Assembly (NCBI GenBank): GCA_035495615.1
Contig: DATJFP010000047.1
Coordinates: forward strand, 4,106 to 68,105
Direction: 5' to 3'
Length of the DNA stretch: 64,000 bases
Source of the DNA: Verrucomicrobiia bacterium
Lineage (GTDB): Bacteria; Omnitrophota; Omnitrophia; Omnitrophales; Aquincolibacteriaceae
Below are positions 31,793-40,849 of this stretch, in pieces. The position numbers and the translations under genes were made by a program. Below the pieces are notes generated by a model, which was not told where the DNA came from, searched no databases, and saw nothing but the letters and a program-made list of their open reading frames with translations. Positions within the stretch are counted from its first letter, which is position 1. Every line of letters starts with the position of its first letter.

Positions 31793-34700
31793 GTGAAGCG
31801 CCCTAAGCGTTCATCAAATCTACCGGTCTTCTGGCGACCTTCTTCTCCTTCAATGAGAAAAAAGTCTTCGGCCCTTTTTCTAGCCACTCTTGTTACGCTC
31901 CAAGCGACCGTGCCTTCGTATGTCTACGCGCAGAACGTCTCTCCCAAAATGGACGTGGTGCGCGACATCAACGATTTCGAAGAAGCCCGCCGCGAATGGG
32001 AACGCCAGCGCGATGCCCAGCTCGAAGAGCTGCGCGAAAAGCAGGCGCGCATCGAAGAAATTAAACAGGCTCTCCTCGCCAAGATCGTCGAACTCAAGCA
32101 GGAAAAAAAGCAATGGGAAGGCGAGAAGCAGCGCATCGCCCAGCAGCCCGCCGCTTCCGGCGATAATCAGAAAGCCCTCCAGGAAATCCAGGCCCAGCGC
32201 CAGCAGATCGAGCATGAAAAGCTGATTCTCGAAAAAGCCAAAAAGAGCCTTGCCGACGAACGCCGCAGATTCGAAGAACAGTCTGCGCAAAAAGAAATGG
32301 CCGCGCAATCCGGTGTTTCCGAGCGCTCGCAGGAATTCGAAAGCAAAATCAGCCAGCTCTCCCGTTCGCTCGAAGAAAAGCAGGACGCGCTTCTCAAGGC
32401 CAAACAGGAACAGGTGGACCTGCAGCGGCGTCTCACGGAAAAAGAATCCGAACGCAGCGAAAAGGTCAAGAATTGGACGGACGAGCTTTCCAAGAAAGAA
32501 GCCGCGCTGCGTCAGCAGGCTCAGGAAATCCTGACCGAGCGTCAGGCCCTCGACAGCGAAAAGACGGAATTGATGAAGCAGAAGGTCGCGCTTGAAAAGC
32601 AGGCGCAGGTTACCTTGGGCGCTCCCGGCAAGTCCGCGGATTTGGAGACGCGCGAAAAAGAGCTCGATCAGCAGTTCGCGGAGCTCAACCGGCAAAAGCA
32701 AAAAATCGAGCAGGAACAGGAAGTCGTAAGGGCCACACTGCAGGAACGCCAGGCCGATCAGGAACAATCGCTCAAAGAACTCCAGCGCCGGGAACAGATT
32801 GTGGCCACTCAGATCAAGACTCTGGAAGCCAAGAGCGCGGAACTGGACAAGCGCGAACAAGCGCTGCTTTCGCGGGAAGCCCAGGCCCCCAAGGCCGGCA
32901 CCGTGAACCAGACGGCCGCGGTGCAGAAGATGGTGGCCGAACTCGTCGGGACCAAAGAAGACGTCGAACGCCAGAAGCAGGAATTCCTGCGTGAAAAGGC
33001 GCTTTGGGAAGCCAACAAAAAAAGAGAGCAGGACAAGCTCGCCTTTGCCGCGCAGCAGGCGAACGAACAATCTCTGGCCGATCAGGAAAGACAGCGCGCC
33101 GAAGTGAGCCGCAAGGCCGCGGAGCTCGAAGCCAAGATCCGCCAGTACGAAGACAAGACCGTCGAGCTGGAGCAAAGCGAGACCGATCTCAAGCAGAAAT
33201 GGCAGGATTTCCAGAACCGTCAAGCCGAGATCGAAAGCAAGGGTATCCAGGTCACTTCGAAAGAAAGCGCCATGCAGCAGACGCTCTCGCAGCTGGTCAC
33301 CTCGAAGGAAAAACTGGCCGAGGAGCAGCAAGCCTTCGAAAAAGACCGCGCGGCCTGGGAAGACAAGCGCAAGCAGGTCCAGGCTGAGCTGGCCAACCAG
33401 ATTGCCGCCTATAAAAAGGAACGCACGGACGCCGAGGCCGATCTCGACCGCCGGCAGAAAGAACTGGAACAGAACGTCGCGGCCTTCGACACCAAAGCGC
33501 AGGCTCTTCGCGACGAGGAAGCCAAGCTGACGGCTTCGAAGACCGAGCTGGACCAAAAGACGACGGCCCTGGAAACGGACAAGGCCAAGCTGAAGGAAAC
33601 CGAAGACAAGGTCCAGCAGAAGATCGTGCAGCTGATCGAGACCAAGCAGAAGCTCGATGCGGACGCCGCCAACCTCGCGTCCGAAAAAACGAAGCTGGAC
33701 TCAGCACAGCAGGCGCTGGCTGCGGAAAAACAGAGCTGGGAAACTGAACAAAGCCAAAAATCGGCGGCGCTCGATAAGCTCAAACTGGATTTCGACAAGC
33801 GCGACGCCGAACTCCGCACGGGCAAAGAAAAACTCACCCAGGTCGTCACCGTCCTCAAGCAGAAAGAAGCCGACCTCTCGGCCCGCCAACAGGACTTCGC
33901 GGCCCAGAAAGTGGAATACGAAAAGGCCAAGATCGCCTGGGAAACCGAAAAGCAAAAAGTGCTCCAGAACCTGGACCTGCAAAAGCAGAACCTGGCCTCC
34001 GAAGCGCAGCAGAAAAATCTTGCGATCGAAACGCAGCGTGAAGGCCTGGAACGCATGTCCAAAGAACTGGCCGATCAGAAGACGAAGCTCGAGAGCTATC
34101 AGAAAGAACTCGACTCGCGCAAAGCGGCTCTGGCGCAAAGCCAGACCGATCTTGCGGCCAAGGAAGACGTGCTCAAGCAGAAGATCGGTGACTTCGGCAA
34201 GATCAAGGTCGAGTTCACTGACGAAAAAACCAAGTGGGAAACCGAGCGCGCGGCCAAGGATCAGGAACTGGCAAACCGCGCCCAGGACCTGGATGCCGCT
34301 GCGCGCGAGAAGGCCGACCAGCTCGAACGCGAACGCGCGGACATGACGGCCAAGATGGACCAGGAAAAAGCCGCGATGCAACAGGGCTTGCAGCAGGAAA
34401 AGGCGACGATGGCCCAGAACCTTCAGAAGGAAAAGGCCGGGATCGCCAAGGACCTCGCGGAGCTCGACAAGCGCAAGGGCATTCTGCTCGAGCTGGACAA
34501 GCAGCTTCAGACGCGCAAGCTCGACCTGGACAAGCGCGAGCAGGCTATCGCCGATGAGCGCAAGCAGCTCGAGGCCGAAAAGAATGCCCAGCAGCAGAAG
34601 ACTGCGGAATCGACTCAGCGAGAACAGGATCTGCAGGATGAAGCCGCGCGGCTCGCGGACCAGCAGAAAGCGCTCGATGCGGAAAAGGAAAAGCTGAACG

Positions 34701-37700
34701 CCGACAAGGCCGCGCTCGAAAAGACCTCGCAGGAGCTGCGCGACAAAGACGCGGATGTCAGTGACAAGCTCCAGCAGCTCGAAAAGCGCAAGGACATCCT
34801 GATCGAGCTCGAGGCGCAGGTGGAAGACGGCAATCGCAAGCTCGAAGCCGCTAAAAAAAGCAATTCCGCCGAAGAATCTGCTCTCGCCGAAGAAAAACGC
34901 AAGATTCAAAGCGAACAGGACAGTTTGCGCCAGGACAAGCAGGCGTGGGAAGAACAGCGCGCCACGGCCGAAGGTGTGCTTTCCGAACGCGAGTCCAAAG
35001 TCGAGCGTGTCCGCGAGTCCCTTACCGCCCAGATCGCGAGCCTCAAAGAGGAGCGCGCCCGCTGGGAAGCCGAACGCCAGAAATCTACGGACGAGATCGC
35101 CGCCCGTGAAAGCGAACTTGACCGCATGAAGCTCGATCTCGAAAATAGGACCCGAGAGCTGCAGCAGATGAGCGATTCGTCCGATGCGGCCGCCCAGCAG
35201 GCCAAGGCCGATTATGAACGTCAAAACGCCGCGCTGGAACAAAAGAGAATCGACTTCGAGAAAGATTTCAAGGCCCGCCAGGATGCGCTGAACGCGGAAA
35301 CGGAAAAAGCGCGGGCCGCGCTGGAAAACCAGAAACAGAGCACCGCCGCCGAAATCCAGAGACAGCGGGAAGCCCTGGAGGCGGAAAGCCAGACGACACG
35401 GCTCCAGCTCCAGCAGGAACGGACCGAGACTTCCGAAGGCATCCGCAGAGACCAGGAAGCCGCGCAAAAGGAACTCGCGGACGCCCGCGAGCGCCAGCAG
35501 CAGGAGCTGAACGCCAAATCTGCCGCGGTCATGAATGAGCTGGCTCAGGCGCGGCTCAATCAGGAAGCGGCCTTGAAACAGCGTTCAGCGGATATGGAAA
35601 AGCAGCTGGCATCTCTCCGTGCCGTGACCGATGCGGAAATTAAAAGGAAGACCGAAGCGCTCGACGCGGAAGTCGAACGCGTCAATGCCGATCTTGAACG
35701 CAAGAGGCAGGCCTTTGCGGCGCAGCAGGCAGAACTCGACAAGGCCAATGCCGACCTCGCGCAAAAACAGGTCGAACTGCACGATGCGCAGGCCAAACTC
35801 GCCGAAGGCGAAGAAAATCTCAAGGCGGGCCAAGCTTCTCTCGAACAAGAGAAAAAGCGCCTGGCCGACCTGCAGGAAGCGATTCGCGCTAGCCAGGAGA
35901 AGATCCTGATCGACACAGCGCAGGTCAAAAAGAAGGAAGACGCCTTCCGCGAAAAACAGGCGGAATACGACAGGCTCACCAAGGACAGCACGACGCTTCA
36001 GAGCGAAGCCGTCCAGATCCGCCGGGATCTGGATGCGGAAAAGGCCGAGCTCGAAAACCAGAAGGCCGTCCTTGCCGGGCAGCAAACGGCGCTGCAGGAT
36101 AAAGAAGCCGCTCTTGCCAAACAGAGCGAACAGGTTTCACAGCGCGAGGCCGCTCTCCAGAAGCAGACCGCGGATCTTCGCTCTGAGTACGAGTTGAAAC
36201 AGACCGCCCTTAAAGCGACTTCGCAGCAGGTGGATGAAGAAAAGGCGCGCATCGATCAGTCCTGGAACGAGCTGCACGAAGCCGAAGGCGTGCTCCAGCA
36301 GAAGGTCCAGGAAGTGAAAGTCGAAGAGGCCAAGCTGCACAGCGACCGGGAGCATTACGAAGACCTGCAGCGCTCATTCGAAACGGAAAAGAAAGCGGCC
36401 GAACTGGAATGGGAAAGACAGAAGAGCCAGCAGTCGGTGGATTTGGAAGCGGAAAAAGCGCGCCTCGACAAGATGCGGTCCGTTCTCGACACGGAAACCG
36501 CCAAGCTGCAGGACGAAAAGACCAAGCTGAAGCAGTGGATGGACCAGGTGGAAGAACGCCGGACCACGCTCGCGCAGCGCGAAGCGGAATTTAAAAACAT
36601 GGATGGGGAAATCTTCAAGACTTCGGCGGATCTCAAAGCCGAGAAAACACAGCTCGCCGACGAGCATGCACGGATCGAGGAAGAACGCAACAAGCTTGCG
36701 GAAGACCGCAGCGTTCTCGAAGACGAACGAAAGGCCTACGAACTCGCCCGCAATGCCCAGATGAATTGGCAGACCGAGCATGATAAACGCGAGCAGGCCC
36801 TTGCTGCCGAGGGCAAGGACATTGAACAGCGCAAGCTTGTCCTCGAGGAGAAGGAAAAGGCGTTTAAGGATTTCCAGGCTCAGACCAATGCCCAGGAACT
36901 CAAGCTCCAGGAGCGCGAGCAGGCCGTCAAAATTAAAGAAGACGAGATCCAGCAGCAGGTGGCCGTCATCAGCGAAAAGAACCGCAAGCTCGTCGATGAC
37001 GAGGAAAAATTCGGACTTGTGAAATCGGAATACGAAGCATGGCAGCGCGAGAAGGACGTCGCCGAACATGAGCTCGTGCTCCAGAAACAGAAATATAACG
37101 CCTGGGAAAAGAAGCTGATCGAAAGTGAACGCGCGATTCAGGAGGCGAACAAGCTTATCGCCGACAAGCAGGCAGACCTCGACAGGCGCGCGGGGCTTTT
37201 GGACGAGCGGGAAAGCGCTTTCCAGACCTACCGGGATGAAGTTGCCAGAGCTTCCGAAAAGGTGGAAGCCGCCAAGCAGGACGTCACCTTCCGCCAGCGC
37301 AAAGTCGCCATGCAGTCCGACTCTTTGAAGGAAGAGCTTGCCGAAGTCGAGAAGCTCAAAGCCGCGTATCATTCCGCAAAAAACGTGTCCAAAGGCGAGT
37401 ACATCGAGCCTAAAACTGCGGTGAAAAGTCCTTTCGACGCGTCACGCATCAACGTGAGGCGCGATCTTTTCCGTCAAAAGGACCTGGGATCCGGTGAGGC
37501 GGCCGATACGGTGGTCGCACGCGAATCTGCCGGCGATGATCAGAGCGCGTTGGCATTGTGGGAAGAAAAGCTTAAAAAACGCAATGGAGACCTGCAAAAG
37601 CAGAAGGAAGTCCTGCTCTCGGACCCGGCAGGCACCTTTGACCGGAATAAAAGCTGGTCTTCTTCGCCGTCGTCCAAAACGGACGAGCTGAAAAAGAACG

Positions 37701-37771
37701 CTTCCGACGAGTCTTCTCTCGATGAAGTTCCCTCTCTCTTCAAAGGCCGGGCCTCGGCCTCTCCGACCTGA
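31793..37771 (+). CDS. Giant secreted coiled-coil protein (1,992 aa; E/K/Q/A/L-rich heptads over about 1,850 aa; Ser-rich C-terminal tail). Alternative start ATG 31853.
   Basis: Signal peptide MRKKSSALFLATLVTLQATVPSYVYA|QN (after a 20-aa extension if GTG 31793 is used). The rest is nearly continuous charged heptads (REKQARIEEIKQALLAKIVELKQEKKQWEGEKQ...). No SMC head/hinge or other globular domain is evident. Confidence 0.8.
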   Translation: MKRPKRSSNLPVFWRPSSPSMRKKSSALFLATLVTLQATVPSYVYAQNVSPKMDVVRDINDFEEARREWERQRDAQLEELREKQARIEEIKQALLAKIVELKQEKKQWEGEKQRIAQQPAASGDNQKALQEIQAQRQQIEHEKLILEKAKKSLADERRRFEEQSAQKEMAAQSGVSERSQEFESKISQLSRSLEEKQDALLKAKQEQVDLQRRLTEKESERSEKVKNWTDELSKKEAALRQQAQEILTERQALDSEKTELMKQKVALEKQAQVTLGAPGKSADLETREKELDQQFAELNRQKQKIEQEQEVVRATLQERQADQEQSLKELQRREQIVATQIKTLEAKSAELDKREQALLSREAQAPKAGTVNQTAAVQKMVAELVGTKEDVERQKQEFLREKALWEANKKREQDKLAFAAQQANEQSLADQERQRAEVSRKAAELEAKIRQYEDKTVELEQSETDLKQKWQDFQNRQAEIESKGIQVTSKESAMQQTLSQLVTSKEKLAEEQQAFEKDRAAWEDKRKQVQAELANQIAAYKKERTDAEADLDRRQKELEQNVAAFDTKAQALRDEEAKLTASKTELDQKTTALETDKAKLKETEDKVQQKIVQLIETKQKLDADAANLASEKTKLDSAQQALAAEKQSWETEQSQKSAALDKLKLDFDKRDAELRTGKEKLTQVVTVLKQKEADLSARQQDFAAQKVEYEKAKIAWETEKQKVLQNLDLQKQNLASEAQQKNLAIETQREGLERMSKELADQKTKLESYQKELDSRKAALAQSQTDLAAKEDVLKQKIGDFGKIKVEFTDEKTKWETERAAKDQELANRAQDLDAAAREKADQLERERADMTAKMDQEKAAMQQGLQQEKATMAQNLQKEKAGIAKDLAELDKRKGILLELDKQLQTRKLDLDKREQAIADERKQLEAEKNAQQQKTAESTQREQDLQDEAARLADQQKALDAEKEKLNADKAALEKTSQELRDKDADVSDKLQQLEKRKDILIELEAQVEDGNRKLEAAKKSNSAEESALAEEKRKIQSEQDSLRQDKQAWEEQRATAEGVLSERESKVERVRESLTAQIASLKEERARWEAERQKSTDEIAARESELDRMKLDLENRTRELQQMSDSSDAAAQQAKADYERQNAALEQKRIDFEKDFKARQDALNAETEKARAALENQKQSTAAEIQRQREALEAESQTTRLQLQQERTETSEGIRRDQEAAQKELADARERQQQELNAKSAAVMNELAQARLNQEAALKQRSADMEKQLASLRAVTDAEIKRKTEALDAEVERVNADLERKRQAFAAQQAELDKANADLAQKQVELHDAQAKLAEGEENLKAGQASLEQEKKRLADLQEAIRASQEKILIDTAQVKKKEDAFREKQAEYDRLTKDSTTLQSEAVQIRRDLDAEKAELENQKAVLAGQQTALQDKEAALAKQSEQVSQREAALQKQTADLRSEYELKQTALKATSQQVDEEKARIDQSWNELHEAEGVLQQKVQEVKVEEAKLHSDREHYEDLQRSFETEKKAAELEWERQKSQQSVDLEAEKARLDKMRSVLDTETAKLQDEKTKLKQWMDQVEERRTTLAQREAEFKNMDGEIFKTSADLKAEKTQLADEHARIEEERNKLAEDRSVLEDERKAYELARNAQMNWQTEHDKREQALAAEGKDIEQRKLVLEEKEKAFKDFQAQTNAQELKLQEREQAVKIKEDEIQQQVAVISEKNRKLVDDEEKFGLVKSEYEAWQREKDVAEHELVLQKQKYNAWEKKLIESERAIQEANKLIADKQADLDRRAGLLDERESAFQTYRDEVARASEKVEAAKQDVTFRQRKVAMQSDSLKEELAEVEKLKAAYHSAKNVSKGEYIEPKTAVKSPFDASRINVRRDLFRQKDLGSGEAADTVVARESAGDDQSALALWEEKLKKRNGDLQKQKEVLLSDPAGTFDRNKSWSSSPSSKTDELKKNASDESSLDEVPSLFKGRASASPT

Positions 37772-37846
37772 TTCCGCCGTCCCGGTAAGGGCAGGTGTTT
37801 TTTAGGATAGCCGTGCCTTCCGTCTTTCGCTAAAATACTTCAATCC

Positions 37847-38416
37847 ATGAGCCCTGCCAAAATCCATGAAAAAAAGACCCTCTTGAGAAAGCAATTACGC
37901 TCCCTTGTCCAAAGTCTCAAGAAAAGGGATCTCCGGCGGAAAAGCAAAAAAATCACCGCGCTGCTTCTTCAAAGCCGGTGTTATCAAAAGGCCGAAAACC
38001 TGCTCGTGTATGTCCCAGTGGCCGGGGAAGTCGATACATGGCCTGTGCTCCGGCGCAGCCTGGCACTTGGCAAAAAAGTCTTCGTGCCGCGTGTCAGCGC
38101 GAAAAACGGGTCCATGAGTATTTACAGAATCGACGATCCCGAAAGGGGCTGGATCGCGGGCTGTTACGGGGTCCTGGAACCGCGGGCTGTGGCGGCAAGG
38201 CGCGGCAATCCTTCGCGGCTGGACATGGCGGTGGTGCCCGGCCTGGGGTTCAGCCGTTCCGGCGCGCGCCTGGGGCGCGGCAAAGGGCATTTTGACAAGT
38301 TTTTGAAAAAGGCCGGCAAGGCAGTGAAGATTGGCCTGGCGTTCCGGGAACAAATCGTGGCGAAGATTCCCATGGCCGGGCATGATGTGCGCATGGATAA
38401 GGTGATCACGGATTAG
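37847..38416 (+). CDS. 5-formyltetrahydrofolate cyclo-ligase family protein
   Basis: 189 aa. Motifs VPGLGFSRSGARLGRGKGHFDKFL and C-terminal AGHDVRMDKVIT match the MTHFS family. Confidence 0.75.
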   Translation: MSPAKIHEKKTLLRKQLRSLVQSLKKRDLRRKSKKITALLLQSRCYQKAENLLVYVPVAGEVDTWPVLRRSLALGKKVFVPRVSAKNGSMSIYRIDDPERGWIAGCYGVLEPRAVAARRGNPSRLDMAVVPGLGFSRSGARLGRGKGHFDKFLKKAGKAVKIGLAFREQIVAKIPMAGHDVRMDKVITD

Positions 38417-38419
38417 CCC

Positions 38420-39676
38420 ATGGAAGAAGACATCCTCTACGAGTTTTCGGAAACGATAGCGGCGGGCGGACGGAAGGTTTATACGGTCTCCGACCTGAAC
38501 CGCGAAATCCGCTCGGTACTGGAAAATCAGTACGCCTCGATTTGGGTCGAGGCCGAGATTTCCAATTTTAAATGGCATACGTCCGGGCACATGTACCTCT
38601 GCCTCAAGGACGATAAGGCCAGCATCAGCGCGGTCTTTTTCAGCCGGCTCAACCAGCATCTGAAATTCCGTCTGGAAGATGGCCAGAAGGTCCTGGTTTT
38701 CGGACGGCTTTCGCTTTATGAGCCGCGGGGGCAATATCAATTCTACATCGAGGCCGTCGAGCCCAAGGGCGTCGGAGGCCTGCAGCTGGCGTTTAACCAG
38801 CTGAAAGAGAAGCTTCAGAAGGAAGGCCTGTTCGCGGCCGAGCGCAAAAGAAAGATCCCGGCATTTCCGCGCGTGGTCGGCGTGATCACGTCGCCGACCG
38901 GAGCCGCGGTCCGCGACATTTTGAACGTCATGAACCGGCGCTTTTCCGGGACCCAGGTTTTGATTTCGCCCGTGCGCGTGCAGGGCGAAGGCGCGGCGCG
39001 AGAAATCGCCAAGGCCTTGGAGGAAATGAACCGTTCGTGTCCCGAGGTGGAAGTCATCATCTTGGGCCGCGGCGGCGGAAGCATCGAAGACCTCTGGCCT
39101 TTTAACGAAGAGATCGTGGCGCGGGCCGTGCACGCCTCGCGCATTCCCGTGATTTCGGCGGTGGGTCATGAAACCGACTGGACGATCTGCGACTGGGTCG
39201 CGGATCTTCGGGCACCCACGCCGTCGGCCGCGGCGGAGCTCGTAGTGCAGTCGCGTGAGGAAATCCAGGTCCTGTTTGAAAGCCTGGGCAAAAGGATGAA
39301 GAGCGCCCTGCTGTACCGGCTGGAAAACGCGAGAAGCCGCCTGGAAGGCCTGGAACAAAGCTACGCGCTGAAGCAGCCGGTCTATCTCGTGCAGCAGGCA
39401 GGCCAGCGCTTTGACGAATTGCTGAAGCGCCTGCATGGCGGCATGAAATCGGTCATCGCGGAAAGCGGTGCGCAGTTCCGGGAAGAGGCCGCGAAGTTGC
39501 ACAGCCTGAGCCCGCTGGCCGTCCTCGACCGCGGCTATTCGATTACTCAGAACGAGAAGGGCGGGCTTTTGAAAGACGTCCGCGGCTTGAAAGCGGGGGA
39601 CACGATCACGACCCGCCTGGCGCGGGGAAGCGTCAAATCCAAAGTCGTCGAAGCAACGCCTCTCAAAGGAGAATAA
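38420..39676 (+). CDS. xseA: Exodeoxyribonuclease VII large subunit
   Basis: N-terminal OB-fold (VWVEAEISNFKWHTSGHMYLCLKDD) and catalytic core. 418 aa. Confidence 0.85.
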   Translation: MEEDILYEFSETIAAGGRKVYTVSDLNREIRSVLENQYASIWVEAEISNFKWHTSGHMYLCLKDDKASISAVFFSRLNQHLKFRLEDGQKVLVFGRLSLYEPRGQYQFYIEAVEPKGVGGLQLAFNQLKEKLQKEGLFAAERKRKIPAFPRVVGVITSPTGAAVRDILNVMNRRFSGTQVLISPVRVQGEGAAREIAKALEEMNRSCPEVEVIILGRGGGSIEDLWPFNEEIVARAVHASRIPVISAVGHETDWTICDWVADLRAPTPSAAAELVVQSREEIQVLFESLGKRMKSALLYRLENARSRLEGLEQSYALKQPVYLVQQAGQRFDELLKRLHGGMKSVIAESGAQFREEAAKLHSLSPLAVLDRGYSITQNEKGGLLKDVRGLKAGDTITTRLARGSVKSKVVEATPLKGE

Positions 39677-39677
39677 A

Positions 39678-40001
39678 ATGGGATCCGAAGACATCCAGTT
39701 CGAAAAAGCCATCGAGAAGCTCGAGAGAATCGTCGAAGAACTTGAATCCGGGGAAGTCGCCCTGGAGCAGGCGCTCGCGAAATACGAAGAAGGCGTGAAG
39801 CTTTCCCGGCTTTGCCAGGGCAAGCTCGCGGAAGCGGAAAAGAAAGTCGAGATCCTGACGCGCACGCTTTCCGGGGAATTGTCACGGCAGCCTTTTGATC
39901 CGGAAAATGAAAGCGCCGGAGAAACCAAAAAAACAGCCTCGCGCAAGTCTCCGAAGGGAAAAAGCGCGGCCTCAAACGGGGAAGACGACATCCTTCTATG
40001 A
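39678..40001 (+). CDS. xseB: Exodeoxyribonuclease VII small subunit
   Basis: FEKAIEKLERIVEELESGEVALEQALAKYEEGVKL, the typical XseB helix. Directly after xseA. Confidence 0.8.
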   Translation: MGSEDIQFEKAIEKLERIVEELESGEVALEQALAKYEEGVKLSRLCQGKLAEAEKKVEILTRTLSGELSRQPFDPENESAGETKKTASRKSPKGKSAASNGEDDILL

Positions 40002-40849
40002 GCTACGAAAAAGACTTCAAAAAATACATCGACCTGGTCGAACGCAAGTTAAAAGAAGTCCTGCCGCCGCCGGGGCAGCATCCCAGCGCGCTGCAGGAAC
40101 CTTTGACCTATGCGGTCCTGTCCGGTGGCAAGCGGTTCCGTCCGGTCATTACCCTGGCGGCCTGTGAGGCCTGCGGGGGCAAGATCGAAGACGCCCTGAT
40201 CCCGGCGGTTTCGATCGAGCTGATCCATTCCTATTCCCTGGTCCACGACGACCTTCCGGCCCTGGATAACGACGAGCTCCGGCGGGGGCAGCCCACGGTG
40301 CACAAGCGTTTCGGTGAGGCCATTGCCATCCTGACCGGGGATGGGCTATTGACCCTGGCTTTCCAGGTCCTGGCCGGCATCAAGCCCGCCAAAAAGGCGG
40401 TGGACATACTTACGGAAATATCGACGGCAGCAGGAACTTATGGTATGATCGGCGGTCAAGTGGCCGACCTTACGACCGATAAGGCGGATCTGGACCTGCC
40501 GACGCTTGATTTCATTAATGTCCATAAAACCGGGAAGTTGATTCGCGCGAGTGCCGTGGCCGGGGCTTTGGCTGCGGAAGCGGATAAGAACGACCGGGAA
40601 CGGATGCTGAAATACGGCGAGTTTCTCGGGCTCGCGTTCCAGTCCGTGGACGATCTGATGGACGGGGACGGCTACTTAAAGATCATGAAAGCCCGGGAAG
40701 TCCGCATGAAAGTCCGCGACTTGATCGCCAAGGCCAAAAAGGAAATCCGGGCCCTGGGAGTTAAAGCGGAAAATCTTATCCGGCTGGCCGACGTGCTGCT
40801 GGACCGGGTGCCAAAGGAGACCGACGTTCATGCCCCGATGGATTCATAA
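39998..40849 (+). CDS. ispA: Polyprenyl (farnesyl/geranylgeranyl) diphosphate synthase
   Basis: First and second Asp-rich motifs: LVHDDLPALDNDELRRG and the region around FQSVDDLMD. Confidence 0.8.
   Translation: MSYEKDFKKYIDLVERKLKEVLPPPGQHPSALQEPLTYAVLSGGKRFRPVITLAACEACGGKIEDALIPAVSIELIHSYSLVHDDLPALDNDELRRGQPTVHKRFGEAIAILTGDGLLTLAFQVLAGIKPAKKAVDILTEISTAAGTYGMIGGQVADLTTDKADLDLPTLDFINVHKTGKLIRASAVAGALAAEADKNDRERMLKYGEFLGLAFQSVDDLMDGDGYLKIMKAREVRMKVRDLIAKAKKEIRALGVKAENLIRLADVLLDRVPKETDVHAPMDS

Noticed and set aside
31536-31796. 86-aa ORF in the tRNA-Arg / coiled-coil spacer
   Set aside because: It overlaps the predicted promoter and RBS of the downstream gene. No RBS of its own. Low-complexity, His/Asn-rich sequence from an AT-richer spacer.
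31880-35467. Two long minus-strand ORFs (31880-33556 and 33701-35467)
   Set aside because: They are antisense mirrors of the low-complexity coiled-coil gene (Leu/Phe/Gly-rich). The sense strand has a signal peptide, RBS and promoter.
31229-37771. Integrative genomic island with an integrase
   Set aside because: There is no integrase, recombinase or transposase ORF anywhere in the window. Only att-like repeats and a GC dip are present, so it is reported as a hypothesis, not as a mobile element.
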